Assembly: GCA_046761065.1 (NCBI GenBank)
Contig: JBHIFL010000112.1
Span: 1-11,491 of the forward strand
DNA: 11,491 nt
From: Candidatus Heimdallarchaeota archaeon
GTDB lineage: Archaea > Asgardarchaeota > Wukongarchaeia > Wukongarchaeales > JBHIFL01
Direction of reading: 5' to 3'
The notes under the pieces were generated by a model that was not told where the DNA came from, did not search any database, and saw only the letters and a program-made list of their open reading frames with translations. The translations under genes were made by a program, and so were the position numbers. Positions 1 through 7,813 of the stretch are shown in pieces. The stretch's first letter is position 1. The number at the start of each line of letters is the position of its first letter.

Positions 1-35
1 CCAGGGTCAAGGAGTGGGCTACCCCTCTGCCCTCC
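1..35 (-). ncRNA. Possible 5' end of a structured RNA (RNase P RNA-like), truncated by the window edge
   Basis: The minus strand reads GGAGGGCAGAGGGGTAGCCCACTCCTTGACCCTGG, with 24/35 GC in an AT-rich context, starting about 24 nt downstream of a TATA-like element. From memory it resembles the GGCAGAG(A/G)GAGCCC start of haloarchaeal RNase P RNAs. Alternative: a GTG-started CDS at 37 (MEGRGVAHSLTL...). Confidence 0.3.
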
Positions 36-58
36 ACAAGAAACTTTATACTCCCTGA

Positions 59-76
59 ATAAATAATTCTTTTACC
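59..76 (-). promoter_or_regulatory. Putative BRE/TATA promoter for the transcript leaving the window to the left
   Basis: The minus strand has a purine-rich GGTAAAAGAA followed by TTATTTAT (59-66), at archaeal spacing from the GC-rich start at about 35. Confidence 0.35.
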
Positions 77-181
77 TTAACTTCCTAGTACCTTACTTGC
101 ATCGAAAATTTCACCGTGTAATGTTGCCTCTTACCGTCTTGAACACTGGTATCTTCCCTATAATTGCGACTACTTGCCGTC

Positions 182-1366
182 TCACACATTTTTTACCTTA
201 GAGAAATAATCAAAAATCGAAGCTGCTAGAATTTGAGCGGCCTTTATGGTTTTTAAAATGGAAACTTTTTCATTAACTTTATGTGCCATAGCAGGATCAC
301 CAGGACCGAAGATTGCAAAGGGAACTTGGGTTGCTGGCACCAGAACAGCACCATCCGTTCCATAGGTCAACCCTATTGGGATTGAAGGTGTTTGTGAAAT
401 GCGTGTAGTCCAATTCCTCAAACATGTGATAAGTGGATGATCCTGCGGGGCTTGTAGCGAAGGCAGGTTGATACTGATGGAATGGGAGAATGAGCATGGA
501 CTGCTGATGTCAAGCGCTCTTAGCATTTCGCTGATCGACCTAGCCAGTTGATCAGTATTGACCCCAGAAATCACTCGGAAATCGGCTTCAATTGCGCATG
601 TTGCAGGAACCACATTAATTTTGGTTCCTCCTCGTATTGTTCCAATATTAAGGGTGGATTTTCCTAATAAATCATCTTTATCAGGCGGTAAAATCTTTTT
701 AAGAGTCTTGATAACAGTACAAGCTCCATCAATTGCATTGATTCCCATTTCTGGCATTGAACCATGAGCAGCCTTCCCCCGGGCTTCTATTTTGACCCAA
801 AGCACTCCCTTCTCGGCGATTCCAACCCGAAGTAAGGTTGGCTCTCCAATAATCAAAAAATCTGTATTATCCATGATTCCGGTTTTTAATAACATATGGG
901 CACCTAGCATAGAGGTTTCTTCATCAGCTGTTCCAACAAACACAATTTGTTGCAAAAGGCGAGCTTCACTCTCATGTAGAGCTGCCATGGCTCCAAGGAA
1001 GGCAGCTATTCCCGCTTTCATATCTGCGGCGCCTCGTCCATAGACAAAACCATCTATTACTCGCCCTTCAAAGGGAGGGACTTCCCATGAGTCAATATTT
1101 CCCGCAGGAATTGTGTCCAAGTGCCCACATAAGACAATAGCTCGGGGTTCATCCCCAATCGACGTAGCAAGATTCTTCTGCCCTCCAGAGCCTACTGGAA
1201 TCACCTTTGAAGAAAATCCTAATTCCTGCGTCATGTCAAACAAATAACGGGTGATTTCTTTAGTTGACCCTGGAGGATTTTCGCTTGGAATTTTAACAAG
1301 ATTTACTAATACTTTCTTAATAAGATCAGGATTTATTGAATCTATAAGTTCAGGAAATTGTACCAT
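182..1366 (-). CDS. M20 family metallopeptidase/deacylase (ArgE/DapE-like)
   Basis: All M20 metal and catalytic motifs are present: GHLDT, GRGAADMKAG, ADEET, IGEPT and C-terminal AHKVNE, plus dimerisation-domain GKAAHGS and GGTKINVVP. ATG at 1366 is preferred because the ORF-track GTG at 1381 lies within an SD-like GTGAGG. Confidence 0.93.
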   Translation of the reverse strand: MVQFPELIDSINPDLIKKVLVNLVKIPSENPPGSTKEITRYLFDMTQELGFSSKVIPVGSGGQKNLATSIGDEPRAIVLCGHLDTIPAGNIDSWEVPPFEGRVIDGFVYGRGAADMKAGIAAFLGAMAALHESEARLLQQIVFVGTADEETSMLGAHMLLKTGIMDNTDFLIIGEPTLLRVGIAEKGVLWVKIEARGKAAHGSMPEMGINAIDGACTVIKTLKKILPPDKDDLLGKSTLNIGTIRGGTKINVVPATCAIEADFRVISGVNTDQLARSISEMLRALDISSPCSFSHSISINLPSLQAPQDHPLITCLRNWTTRISQTPSIPIGLTYGTDGAVLVPATQVPFAIFGPGDPAMAHKVNEKVSILKTIKAAQILAASIFDYFSKVKNV

Positions 1367-1404
1367 ATAGGAGATCCTCACTATAAAAAAGACTGGGCGG
1401 GATA

Positions 1405-1438
1405 TATTTATATGATTTATGTCCTGTTTGACAGGGAC
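1405..1438 (-). promoter_or_regulatory. TATA box of the M20 gene with an adjacent upstream inverted repeat
   Basis: Minus-strand TATAAATA at 1405-1412, about 40 nt upstream of ATG 1366. Imperfect palindrome GTCCTGT-TTG-ACAGGGAC at 1421-1438. Confidence 0.5.
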
Positions 1439-1501
1439 TTAGTACACACATTCTGGATTAGGCTCATTAGGCCTAATTGTTTCTATAATATTGTCTGCTA
1501 T

Positions 1502-2890
1502 TCAACGAAAACTAGTTTTTCCAAGTCTTTCTAGAAAGGCAGGAAGTGCTTTGGCAGGGATGTGAGCACCTGCCGCGATATCATGACCACCTGCTTCGGC
1601 TTCGAGACCCTTTGTAATCTTGCGAAGAATTCTGGCAAGATGGATCTTATTACGGTTTATGAGCTTTTGAGTTGTTCTCGCGCTAAGTTTTAGAGCTCCT
1701 TCTGTCGAACTAGCTAATATAAGGGCGGGTCGATCTGTTGGGACAATCCGTGAGCCAAGACCCATACCCAACACGACCCCAGCAATTCTCTCATCAATCA
1801 GGTCGCGGGCATCAATCAGATAGAAGGCGCCTAGCGGTTTAGGTTCTAGATCCGCCAGTATTTTAAGGGATTCCGCAAGGCGAGCTCGGTAGGTATTTAA
1901 AATAGATAAAACTTTTCCACACTTAGCGGTTTGTTTAAGGAAAGAAAAGGCTAGTTCATATCGTTGAAGCCTCCCACATGCATTTAATGCGGTGGCGATT
2001 TCTCGGAGATCTCGTAAACCATAGAATTGGGTGGCATCAGAGCTTAAATAGATCCAACCAATTAGACGCGAAAATTCTATAGATGTTACACCCTGCATCA
2101 TAGCGTGTTGTGCTAATCCTCCTACAAGGCGCTTCTTCTCATCATTATTCAATTCATCTAATGTCACCCATGTAGTAGATTCGTGCTTTGGGCCCAAATC
2201 AAGATTAATAAGGAATGCTTTGCAGGCTTCTAGATCACCCGTCAATCCTGGGATGTAAGGGTCACTACTATATGCTAAAGAAACGAATAGGGGACGATTT
2301 CGACCAAAGAACATCACATCTTTTCGTTCAATCACAGGGGAGCTGTCGAGGACTTCTCGGTTCAGGCTCTCAAGTCGACCGGTCCGCCGGTACTGGAGAT
2401 CCCCAATGCAGCCTACTAAGGCTTTAATCGGCTGATCTTGGGTCACAAAGTAGGTTGTTGTAGAGCTACTTGCTTCATAAGAACCATCAAACCCAAAAAG
2501 ATGGGGGTTCAATTGAAGAAAGATGGGGTTTTCAACAATCATTGGATCTGGGATATGGTGGTCTATTATAATGGCTTTAGAAACCCAATGGGCTAATCTT
2601 GTAAGAGTGGGGTCATTACCTAGATCGAGGAAAATGACTAACGAATGAGCACACTCGTTTATATCTTCAATAATGACAGAATCGATTCCTTTTATGATGC
2701 GATACTCATAATCCCGATCTAAACGGTCTAAAAAATCACTCATAACTGCAAGAGCCGCTATTCCATCAGAATCATGGTGGGATATTAAAAGCAGTTCATC
2801 CTTACTTTTCTTTATGACTTGGCGAATCTTTAGGGCCTGCTGAACGAACCCAGAAGGATCCTTTGCTGGTTCAATGGTTTCAATAGGCAT
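1502..2890 (-). CDS. Archaeal RecJ-like DHH/DHHA1 nuclease, GAN/Cdc45-type
   Basis: DHH motifs are intact (ISHHDSDG, FLDLG, IIIDHH, GCIGDLQ), with LNACGR, LSAR and DHHA1 GGHDIAAGA. The insert GRNRPLFVSLAYSSDPYIPGLTGD is typical of the archaeal GAN/Cdc45-like subfamily. ATG 2890 has an upstream GAGG SD and avoids the 44-nt overlap with HIT that the TTG at 2944 would create. Confidence 0.9.
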   Translation of the reverse strand: MPIETIEPAKDPSGFVQQALKIRQVIKKSKDELLLISHHDSDGIAALAVMSDFLDRLDRDYEYRIIKGIDSVIIEDINECAHSLVIFLDLGNDPTLTRLAHWVSKAIIIDHHIPDPMIVENPIFLQLNPHLFGFDGSYEASSSTTTYFVTQDQPIKALVGCIGDLQYRRTGRLESLNREVLDSSPVIERKDVMFFGRNRPLFVSLAYSSDPYIPGLTGDLEACKAFLINLDLGPKHESTTWVTLDELNNDEKKRLVGGLAQHAMMQGVTSIEFSRLIGWIYLSSDATQFYGLRDLREIATALNACGRLQRYELAFSFLKQTAKCGKVLSILNTYRARLAESLKILADLEPKPLGAFYLIDARDLIDERIAGVVLGMGLGSRIVPTDRPALILASSTEGALKLSARTTQKLINRNKIHLARILRKITKGLEAEAGGHDIAAGAHIPAKALPAFLERLGKTSFR

Positions 2891-2900
2891 GATCTGGTCC

Positions 2901-3335
2901 TCATACAGGATAACTCGAAGGATAGCTGAGAATTTTTGCTGCAATTCGGGTTTTTTCTTCTAAAGAGAGTTTTTTTCCATAGTTTGGACCAAATTTAAAG
3001 CCAAACCCATCGTTTGGTTTTCTTGGTATTATATGAAGATGCACATGAAAAATTTCTTGCCCAGCATCCTTTCCATCCGCTAAAAGATAATTGAATGCGG
3101 TGGTTTCTGGTAATGTCTCCTTAATTTTTACAAGAAGTGATCGCCCAACAGAAAACATCTTCAAATAGGTTTTTTCATTCATTTCTTCTACTAGTTTATG
3201 ATGGGTTTTTGGAATAACTAAGCAATGACCTTCATTGACTGGCATAATATCTAAAAAAGCTATCACTTCATCATCCTCATAAAGAATTGCGGCTTCGCTT
3301 TGTTTTTGCACGATTTTACAAAAAATACAACACAT
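2901..3335 (-). CDS. HIT family nucleotide hydrolase (Hint-like)
   Basis: N-terminal CIFC, FLDIMP..GHCLVIPK, GQEIFH and the histidine triad HVHLHII. ATG 3335 lies 1 nt after the upstream TAA (TAA-A-ATG); the GTG at 3344 is the alternative start. Confidence 0.95.
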   Translation of the reverse strand: MCCIFCKIVQKQSEAAILYEDDEVIAFLDIMPVNEGHCLVIPKTHHKLVEEMNEKTYLKMFSVGRSLLVKIKETLPETTAFNYLLADGKDAGQEIFHVHLHIIPRKPNDGFGFKFGPNYGKKLSLEEKTRIAAKILSYPSSYPV

Positions 3336-3336
3336 T

Positions 3337-4149
3337 TTAAACACCCATAGTGCCTTCTCTAGGTGTTGTCCTTAGTTTGTTATTGTAAGAAATTTGTCGT
3401 TCTGATAACTTCTGGGTTTCCAAGCCCTTTGTTCCCCAGAGTAATACATATCGAGAGATACATAGTATGTGTCCTTTTTCATGTAAATCTTGTTCTAGTC
3501 GTTTAAGTCCTTTTTGAAAGGCATTCTCTGAAATCAAGTGTAATGATGAAAAAGCTTTGTCTCGAAATGCTTGGATGTCTGTAAGTGGGAAAGAAAATTC
3601 CACAAGAGAGTCATTAATCTCACTAAACCCGGCTTGGTTCATTAAGTTCCGAAGCTTGGCTATTCGGGGATATCTGACTAACTCCGCTTCAATTGTTTCT
3701 GGAAAGTGGGTTGCAAGAGGCTGGCGGTGACGAATGACCCATTCGGAATCTGTGGTAGTACAGATTTTACCGCCTTTCTTTAAAACCCGGTACGCCTCTT
3801 GAAAGTATTCAAAATGGCCTCCTACATGATGAATCACGTCCACTGAAAAGACTAGATCAAAGAAGTTTGGTGGAAAATCAAAATGTTCAGCTCTTCCCAA
3901 CATAAACTCGATTTTATCAGACTGTTGCCGAGCTACAGATAACATTTGCTCTGATGGATCGAGCCCCCAACATGAACAACCTGTAGCTGATTCCAGTGCA
4001 ATAATATAATTCGCGGTTCCACATCCAACTTCGAGCACTTTGCTAGCCTTTCCAATTCCACTTGTTAATAACAAGCCTTTCAAGACTTCAGGATGAACAT
4101 TTCGTCGATGTTTTGAGTAATCTAAAGCGATTTTGTCGTAATCTATCAA
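3337..4149 (-). CDS. Class I SAM-dependent methyltransferase (Methyltransf_11-like)
   Basis: Motif I VLEVGCGTA, post-I GLDPSEQML, motif II FDLVFS..VIHH and motif III RVLKKGG. The TTG start has GAGGAG 10 nt upstream and an in-frame TAA immediately before it. Confidence 0.92.
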   Translation of the reverse strand: MIDYDKIALDYSKHRRNVHPEVLKGLLLTSGIGKASKVLEVGCGTANYIIALESATGCSCWGLDPSEQMLSVARQQSDKIEFMLGRAEHFDFPPNFFDLVFSVDVIHHVGGHFEYFQEAYRVLKKGGKICTTTDSEWVIRHRQPLATHFPETIEAELVRYPRIAKLRNLMNQAGFSEINDSLVEFSFPLTDIQAFRDKAFSSLHLISENAFQKGLKRLEQDLHEKGHILCISRYVLLWGTKGLETQKLSERQISYNNKLRTTPREGTMGV

Positions 4150-4214
4150 TTATTGACATCTCCTCTAATATTAAAAGACTACATCAAACAATTTTTTTCT
4201 ATTATTGGATTTGG

Positions 4215-4224
4215 TTTATATAAG
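4215..4224 (-). promoter_or_regulatory. Putative TATA box for the methyltransferase-HIT-RecJ unit
   Basis: Minus-strand CTTATATAAA about 65 nt upstream of the TTG start. Confidence 0.35.
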
Positions 4225-4800
4225 CTGGCTCAATAAGAGTCTGTTTGATACAATATGACTTTAAAGAGGTTTATCAAATCAAAATAAATTATAAACAGTA
4301 CTCCTAACTCAATCAAGAACCAAACATTCCACTTTAGGCAACGAAGCCATTTAAGCAACAAGTTCGAATGAGCAGTTTCTTAATATGTGTAAAACATCAT
4401 TATTAGCTAAGTGGATCCAAGAAGCTGTTGAAATAATGTTATCTATATTTTAATAAGTCATGAAAGCAAAAGCTAACAGTACCATGGTGAAACTCTGGCT
4501 TATGTAAGGGTCGAACATGATCTTGTAGTTGGTATAAAGTAAAAGCCTATCTAATTAAGAAACTACTTAATTCTTAAATGACACAGAAGTCAATCATAAT
4601 GATCTTCACCTAAGAAGATATTTGGGTAAGTAAACGTATTTTCCATCCCTCATCCCTGTGAATACTATCCAATAAGGCTTCAACTTGAACATTAATAGAG
4701 AATATATACGTAGTAGAACAAGTAAGAGTATTTCAAAATCTTAAAAATTTCAATTCTTCGCCATACTTAAAATGTAGTCTCCTTGAATTGAGTGATCTCA

Positions 4801-5961
4801 ATGAAACTTCTGAATGTTGCCCTTAATTCCATTTCTCGACGTAAAAGACGAGCATTTCTTGTAATGCTTGGAATTACATTTTCAGTAGCTATCATGATAT
4901 CAATTACTGGAGTAACCATGAGTTACACAAAAATTATCGAGAGTTCGTTTCGCCCTTATTCTGGTAAAATTGTAGTAACACATTCAAGCGCGCGCTTCTT
5001 CGAAGCAATGCCTTCCCAAAGTATCCTTGAGCCCGAGTTAGAATCCACAATAGATGAGGTTGAAGGCGTAGCACGGGTTGCGCCTGTGGCTATGCGTACC
5101 TATGGGGGCGCGGAGAATTTAATACCAGCGATTTTGGTCGGATTACATGCGAAAGATCACTTCTTTATCTACCCACAACTCATTATGTTTAAAGGTGATT
5201 GGCCCCGACAAGCAGGGGAAGTGGTCCTAGGAATGGCTTCTCCTTTCTATCTTGAAGGTGCCCGCCAAGGTGATGTGATCTCCTTATATGGGATCAATAT
5301 GACTGTTTCTGGAGTACTTTTCCCCACAGATATACGAATTTTCAATAGCTACATGATTGTTGATCTGAACTTTTATTACAACCTCACACGAACTCGGTTT
5401 GTAAGCCTCTTTCTCATCCAACCGGAAATTTCTAGTTCACAGGAAGATGTGGCGAATAGAATCGAAGCGACAATTCCATATGTAAGCGCCCTGACCGAAA
5501 AATCGCAAGCAGCCCTTGTAGATAACATTGTCGATAAAGTTCAACGATGGAATTCCTACATTGGGCTAATTGCTGCCTTGATGAGTATTTGCTTAATCAC
5601 TACAATTCAGTATTTAACAGTAGTCCAACGTCAACGCGAATTAGGGACAATGAAAGCAATTGGTGCCTCCAATGGTACAATGATCCGCCTTATCTTGCTT
5701 GAAAGCACCGTTATTGGAATATTTGGGTGTGTTTTAGGAATAGTGGTTGGATTCATAGGAGCTCTCGGCATTGTCTATCTCTATAATCATGGGAGTGATC
5801 TTCTTGTTTTATTGCATCTAACTACCGAACTTCTTTCTTGGCAAAGTATGCTCACCGCATTTATTGCAGGATTTGTAGTTGCTGTGGTTTCAGTGATCCT
5901 TCCTTTGAAAAGGGTTCTTAGTCTCGACCCAATAAAATCAATTTCAAATCCTGAAACATAA
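4801..5961 (+). CDS. ABC transporter permease, MacB/FtsX family
   Basis: N-terminal ALNSISRRKRR amphipathic segment and TM1, then a large extracytoplasmic domain (GDWP..GEVVLG), the signature QRQRELGTMKAIGA, three C-terminal TM helices and terminal LDPIKSI. ATG 4801 follows an SD-like GAGTGAT; the ORF track starts at GTG 4792. Confidence 0.92.
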   Translation: MKLLNVALNSISRRKRRAFLVMLGITFSVAIMISITGVTMSYTKIIESSFRPYSGKIVVTHSSARFFEAMPSQSILEPELESTIDEVEGVARVAPVAMRTYGGAENLIPAILVGLHAKDHFFIYPQLIMFKGDWPRQAGEVVLGMASPFYLEGARQGDVISLYGINMTVSGVLFPTDIRIFNSYMIVDLNFYYNLTRTRFVSLFLIQPEISSSQEDVANRIEATIPYVSALTEKSQAALVDNIVDKVQRWNSYIGLIAALMSICLITTIQYLTVVQRQRELGTMKAIGASNGTMIRLILLESTVIGIFGCVLGIVVGFIGALGIVYLYNHGSDLLVLLHLTTELLSWQSMLTAFIAGFVVAVVSVILPLKRVLSLDPIKSISNPET

Positions 5962-6056
5962 CAAGTTTATTGCTCACGAAAAGCTTGAAGTAATGTCTCA
6001 AATAAATGATCACTTGTAATTGGAGAGTTATACCTCTATTTGATGCTAATCCTGAC

Positions 6057-6073
6057 TTCCGCAATTTGCGGAA
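6057..6073. promoter_or_regulatory. Perfect inverted repeat, candidate transcription-factor site
   Basis: TTCCGCAA-T-TTGCGGAA, centred 39 bp upstream of the TATA box at 6104. Confidence 0.5.
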
Positions 6074-6092
6074 AGCCTTTATTACGTATTTC

Positions 6093-6112
6093 AAAAGGAA
6101 GGGTTTAAAATA
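6093..6112 (+). promoter_or_regulatory. BRE/TATA promoter of the surface-protein gene
   Basis: Purine-rich AAAAGGAAGGG immediately followed by TTTAAAATA, implying a TSS near 6135 and a leader of about 55 nt with SD GGAGAG at 6181-6186. Confidence 0.6.
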
Positions 6113-6191
6113 CACCAACTCCTAGCAATCTACAAGGTTAGAGTGTAAAGACAATGCACTCTTTCAACTTGATAAAAGTTGGAGAGATTCA

Positions 6192-7811
6192 ATGATTTCC
6201 AAAAGAAAAAATACGGCTACGATCTCGTTATGTCTTCTGAGCTTACTGGTGCTATCAATTACTCCAATCTACTTTAATGGAGCTCTTGCCACCCAAGTAT
6301 CAACTGTTACAGCGGGTGATGCCCTAAAATACAAGGTTACACGGTTTGAAGTCGACATGACCGAATTCAACCAACTACCTGATAATCCCTTTGAAATCCA
6401 AGATCCAAACTTTCTAGCGGGCAGCGTCATGTATGTGAAGATCTTGATCGCAGAGTCCCATCACTTAGCATATGCTGCTGGCTTCATATTAGGTGAAGAT
6501 ACCACAGTAGACATTGATAAAAGAATACAATTCCCTCCTGAACTAAATCCAGGCATGCTTCCCGACTCTATTGTGCTTGAAGGTGGGGCAGGGATCCCTC
6601 TCCCCTTATTAGCATCCTATGACCCGACCCGTCCATTCGAACCATATTTGAGTCCTGAAGAACTCCCCCTAGTTATTGATCCAACGGTCAATTGGGAAGT
6701 CATTACAGATGACCTGATAAGAAACTATGACCCAACTAATGCCGAGTTCGTTGATGGTCAATTAAAAGCCACTTGGGAACATGAACTGGCATCAGACGAA
6801 GAAGGTATTGAAAGGGCATCCATTATTTGGGATCAAAATCAAGGTGGGATTCTAATAGAAGCAGATGTCGAGGGGCAGCAAGAAATCAATGGTAAAGTGA
6901 GCCCAATAAGCATGAAAATCACTTTTTGGGAAAAGGAAGAATATCGCTTGCCCGCAGATGTGGGTATCTATTTTGAGGAACAATATATTCTCAGTGATGT
7001 AAACATTTACCTAGATGGCTATGAAGCCATTCCCGGAGTAAGTGAAGAGCAAAAACAAGCAATCGCAGGACAAATTGCAATGATCAATGGACTAGCTGGT
7101 ACAACAGCATTCGAAATTACAGTATTAGATATGCATGGACTCATGTACGATTTTGACCTCACACTATTCCCCACCGAGCCATCCCTTACAACAACCGAAT
7201 CGGGGACAGGTATAGCTTTCGGGCTTAGTATCCCATTCCTTACCCCTGATTGGGACTTCTACACCTCCGTTTGGGGAACCGGTAACCTTGCAATCGATGT
7301 CGTCTCCGCACTCATCTCCGCCATCGCCCCACTACCAGATATTGATATATCATTGCTTCTGCTTGAATTGTTGACCTCTGCTGAACAGGGCAATCGTTAC
7401 TTTGGGTTTACCTTAGGCGAAGATGTTACTGGTATTGATCCAGAGTCTGGTATAACCATCCACACCGATACTACTGGCGATGGATGGGTCGCATACGAAG
7501 ATACCGATCCAAATAAAGGCCTCTTTAACGGCTTCAAGTTCACAGTGGATGGACGAATTTGGACAGAAAACGTCCCAATGGAACAAGGTGGAGATTGGGA
7601 CATATCCTTTGGTGGAATGGTTAAAGTCGATCGAGCTGGTATTGAGGTGCCTCTGCCAACAAAGTTAGAAAAACCGCAGCTCATACCTCCTACTGTAAAA
7701 ACAGAAGAACCGCCCGGTCCAGGATTTATCCCAGGATTTGATCTGATCGCCGCAGTTGCAGCACTCCTAGGACTGTCCGTGATCGTAGCACGCAAGAAAA
7801 GAATGACCTAA
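6192..7811 (+). CDS. Secreted acidic surface protein with a PGF-CTERM-like anchor; S-layer/major envelope protein candidate
   Basis: Signal peptide with basic KRK, a hydrophobic core and ALA|T cleavage near residue 33. The mature part is D/E-rich and Cys-free, followed by a Pro/Thr linker, PGPGFIPGFDL, a TM helix and RKKR. The CDS is clear; the function is inferred. Confidence 0.8.
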   Translation: MISKRKNTATISLCLLSLLVLSITPIYFNGALATQVSTVTAGDALKYKVTRFEVDMTEFNQLPDNPFEIQDPNFLAGSVMYVKILIAESHHLAYAAGFILGEDTTVDIDKRIQFPPELNPGMLPDSIVLEGGAGIPLPLLASYDPTRPFEPYLSPEELPLVIDPTVNWEVITDDLIRNYDPTNAEFVDGQLKATWEHELASDEEGIERASIIWDQNQGGILIEADVEGQQEINGKVSPISMKITFWEKEEYRLPADVGIYFEEQYILSDVNIYLDGYEAIPGVSEEQKQAIAGQIAMINGLAGTTAFEITVLDMHGLMYDFDLTLFPTEPSLTTTESGTGIAFGLSIPFLTPDWDFYTSVWGTGNLAIDVVSALISAIAPLPDIDISLLLLELLTSAEQGNRYFGFTLGEDVTGIDPESGITIHTDTTGDGWVAYEDTDPNKGLFNGFKFTVDGRIWTENVPMEQGGDWDISFGGMVKVDRAGIEVPLPTKLEKPQLIPPTVKTEEPPGPGFIPGFDLIAAVAALLGLSVIVARKKRMT

Positions 7812-7813
7812 TA

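Noticed and set aside
297-1043. Small ORFs 297-497 (-), 558-767 (+), 792-1043 (+)
   Set aside because: They are shadow frames inside or antisense to the well-supported M20 gene, with no motifs.
2215-2427. 70-aa plus-strand ORF
   Set aside because: It is antisense to the RecJ-like gene and has no recognisable features.
2891-2944. Longer TTG start for the RecJ-like ORF
   Set aside because: It overlaps HIT by 44 nt, whereas ATG 2890 has a proper GAGG SD.
5918-6118. 66-aa minus-strand ORF
   Set aside because: It overlaps the permease end and the promoter/palindrome of the surface-protein gene, and shows no motif. It cannot be fully excluded.
7397-7795. ORFs 7397-7795 (-) and 7480-7668 (+)
   Set aside because: They are shadow frames of the 539-aa gene.
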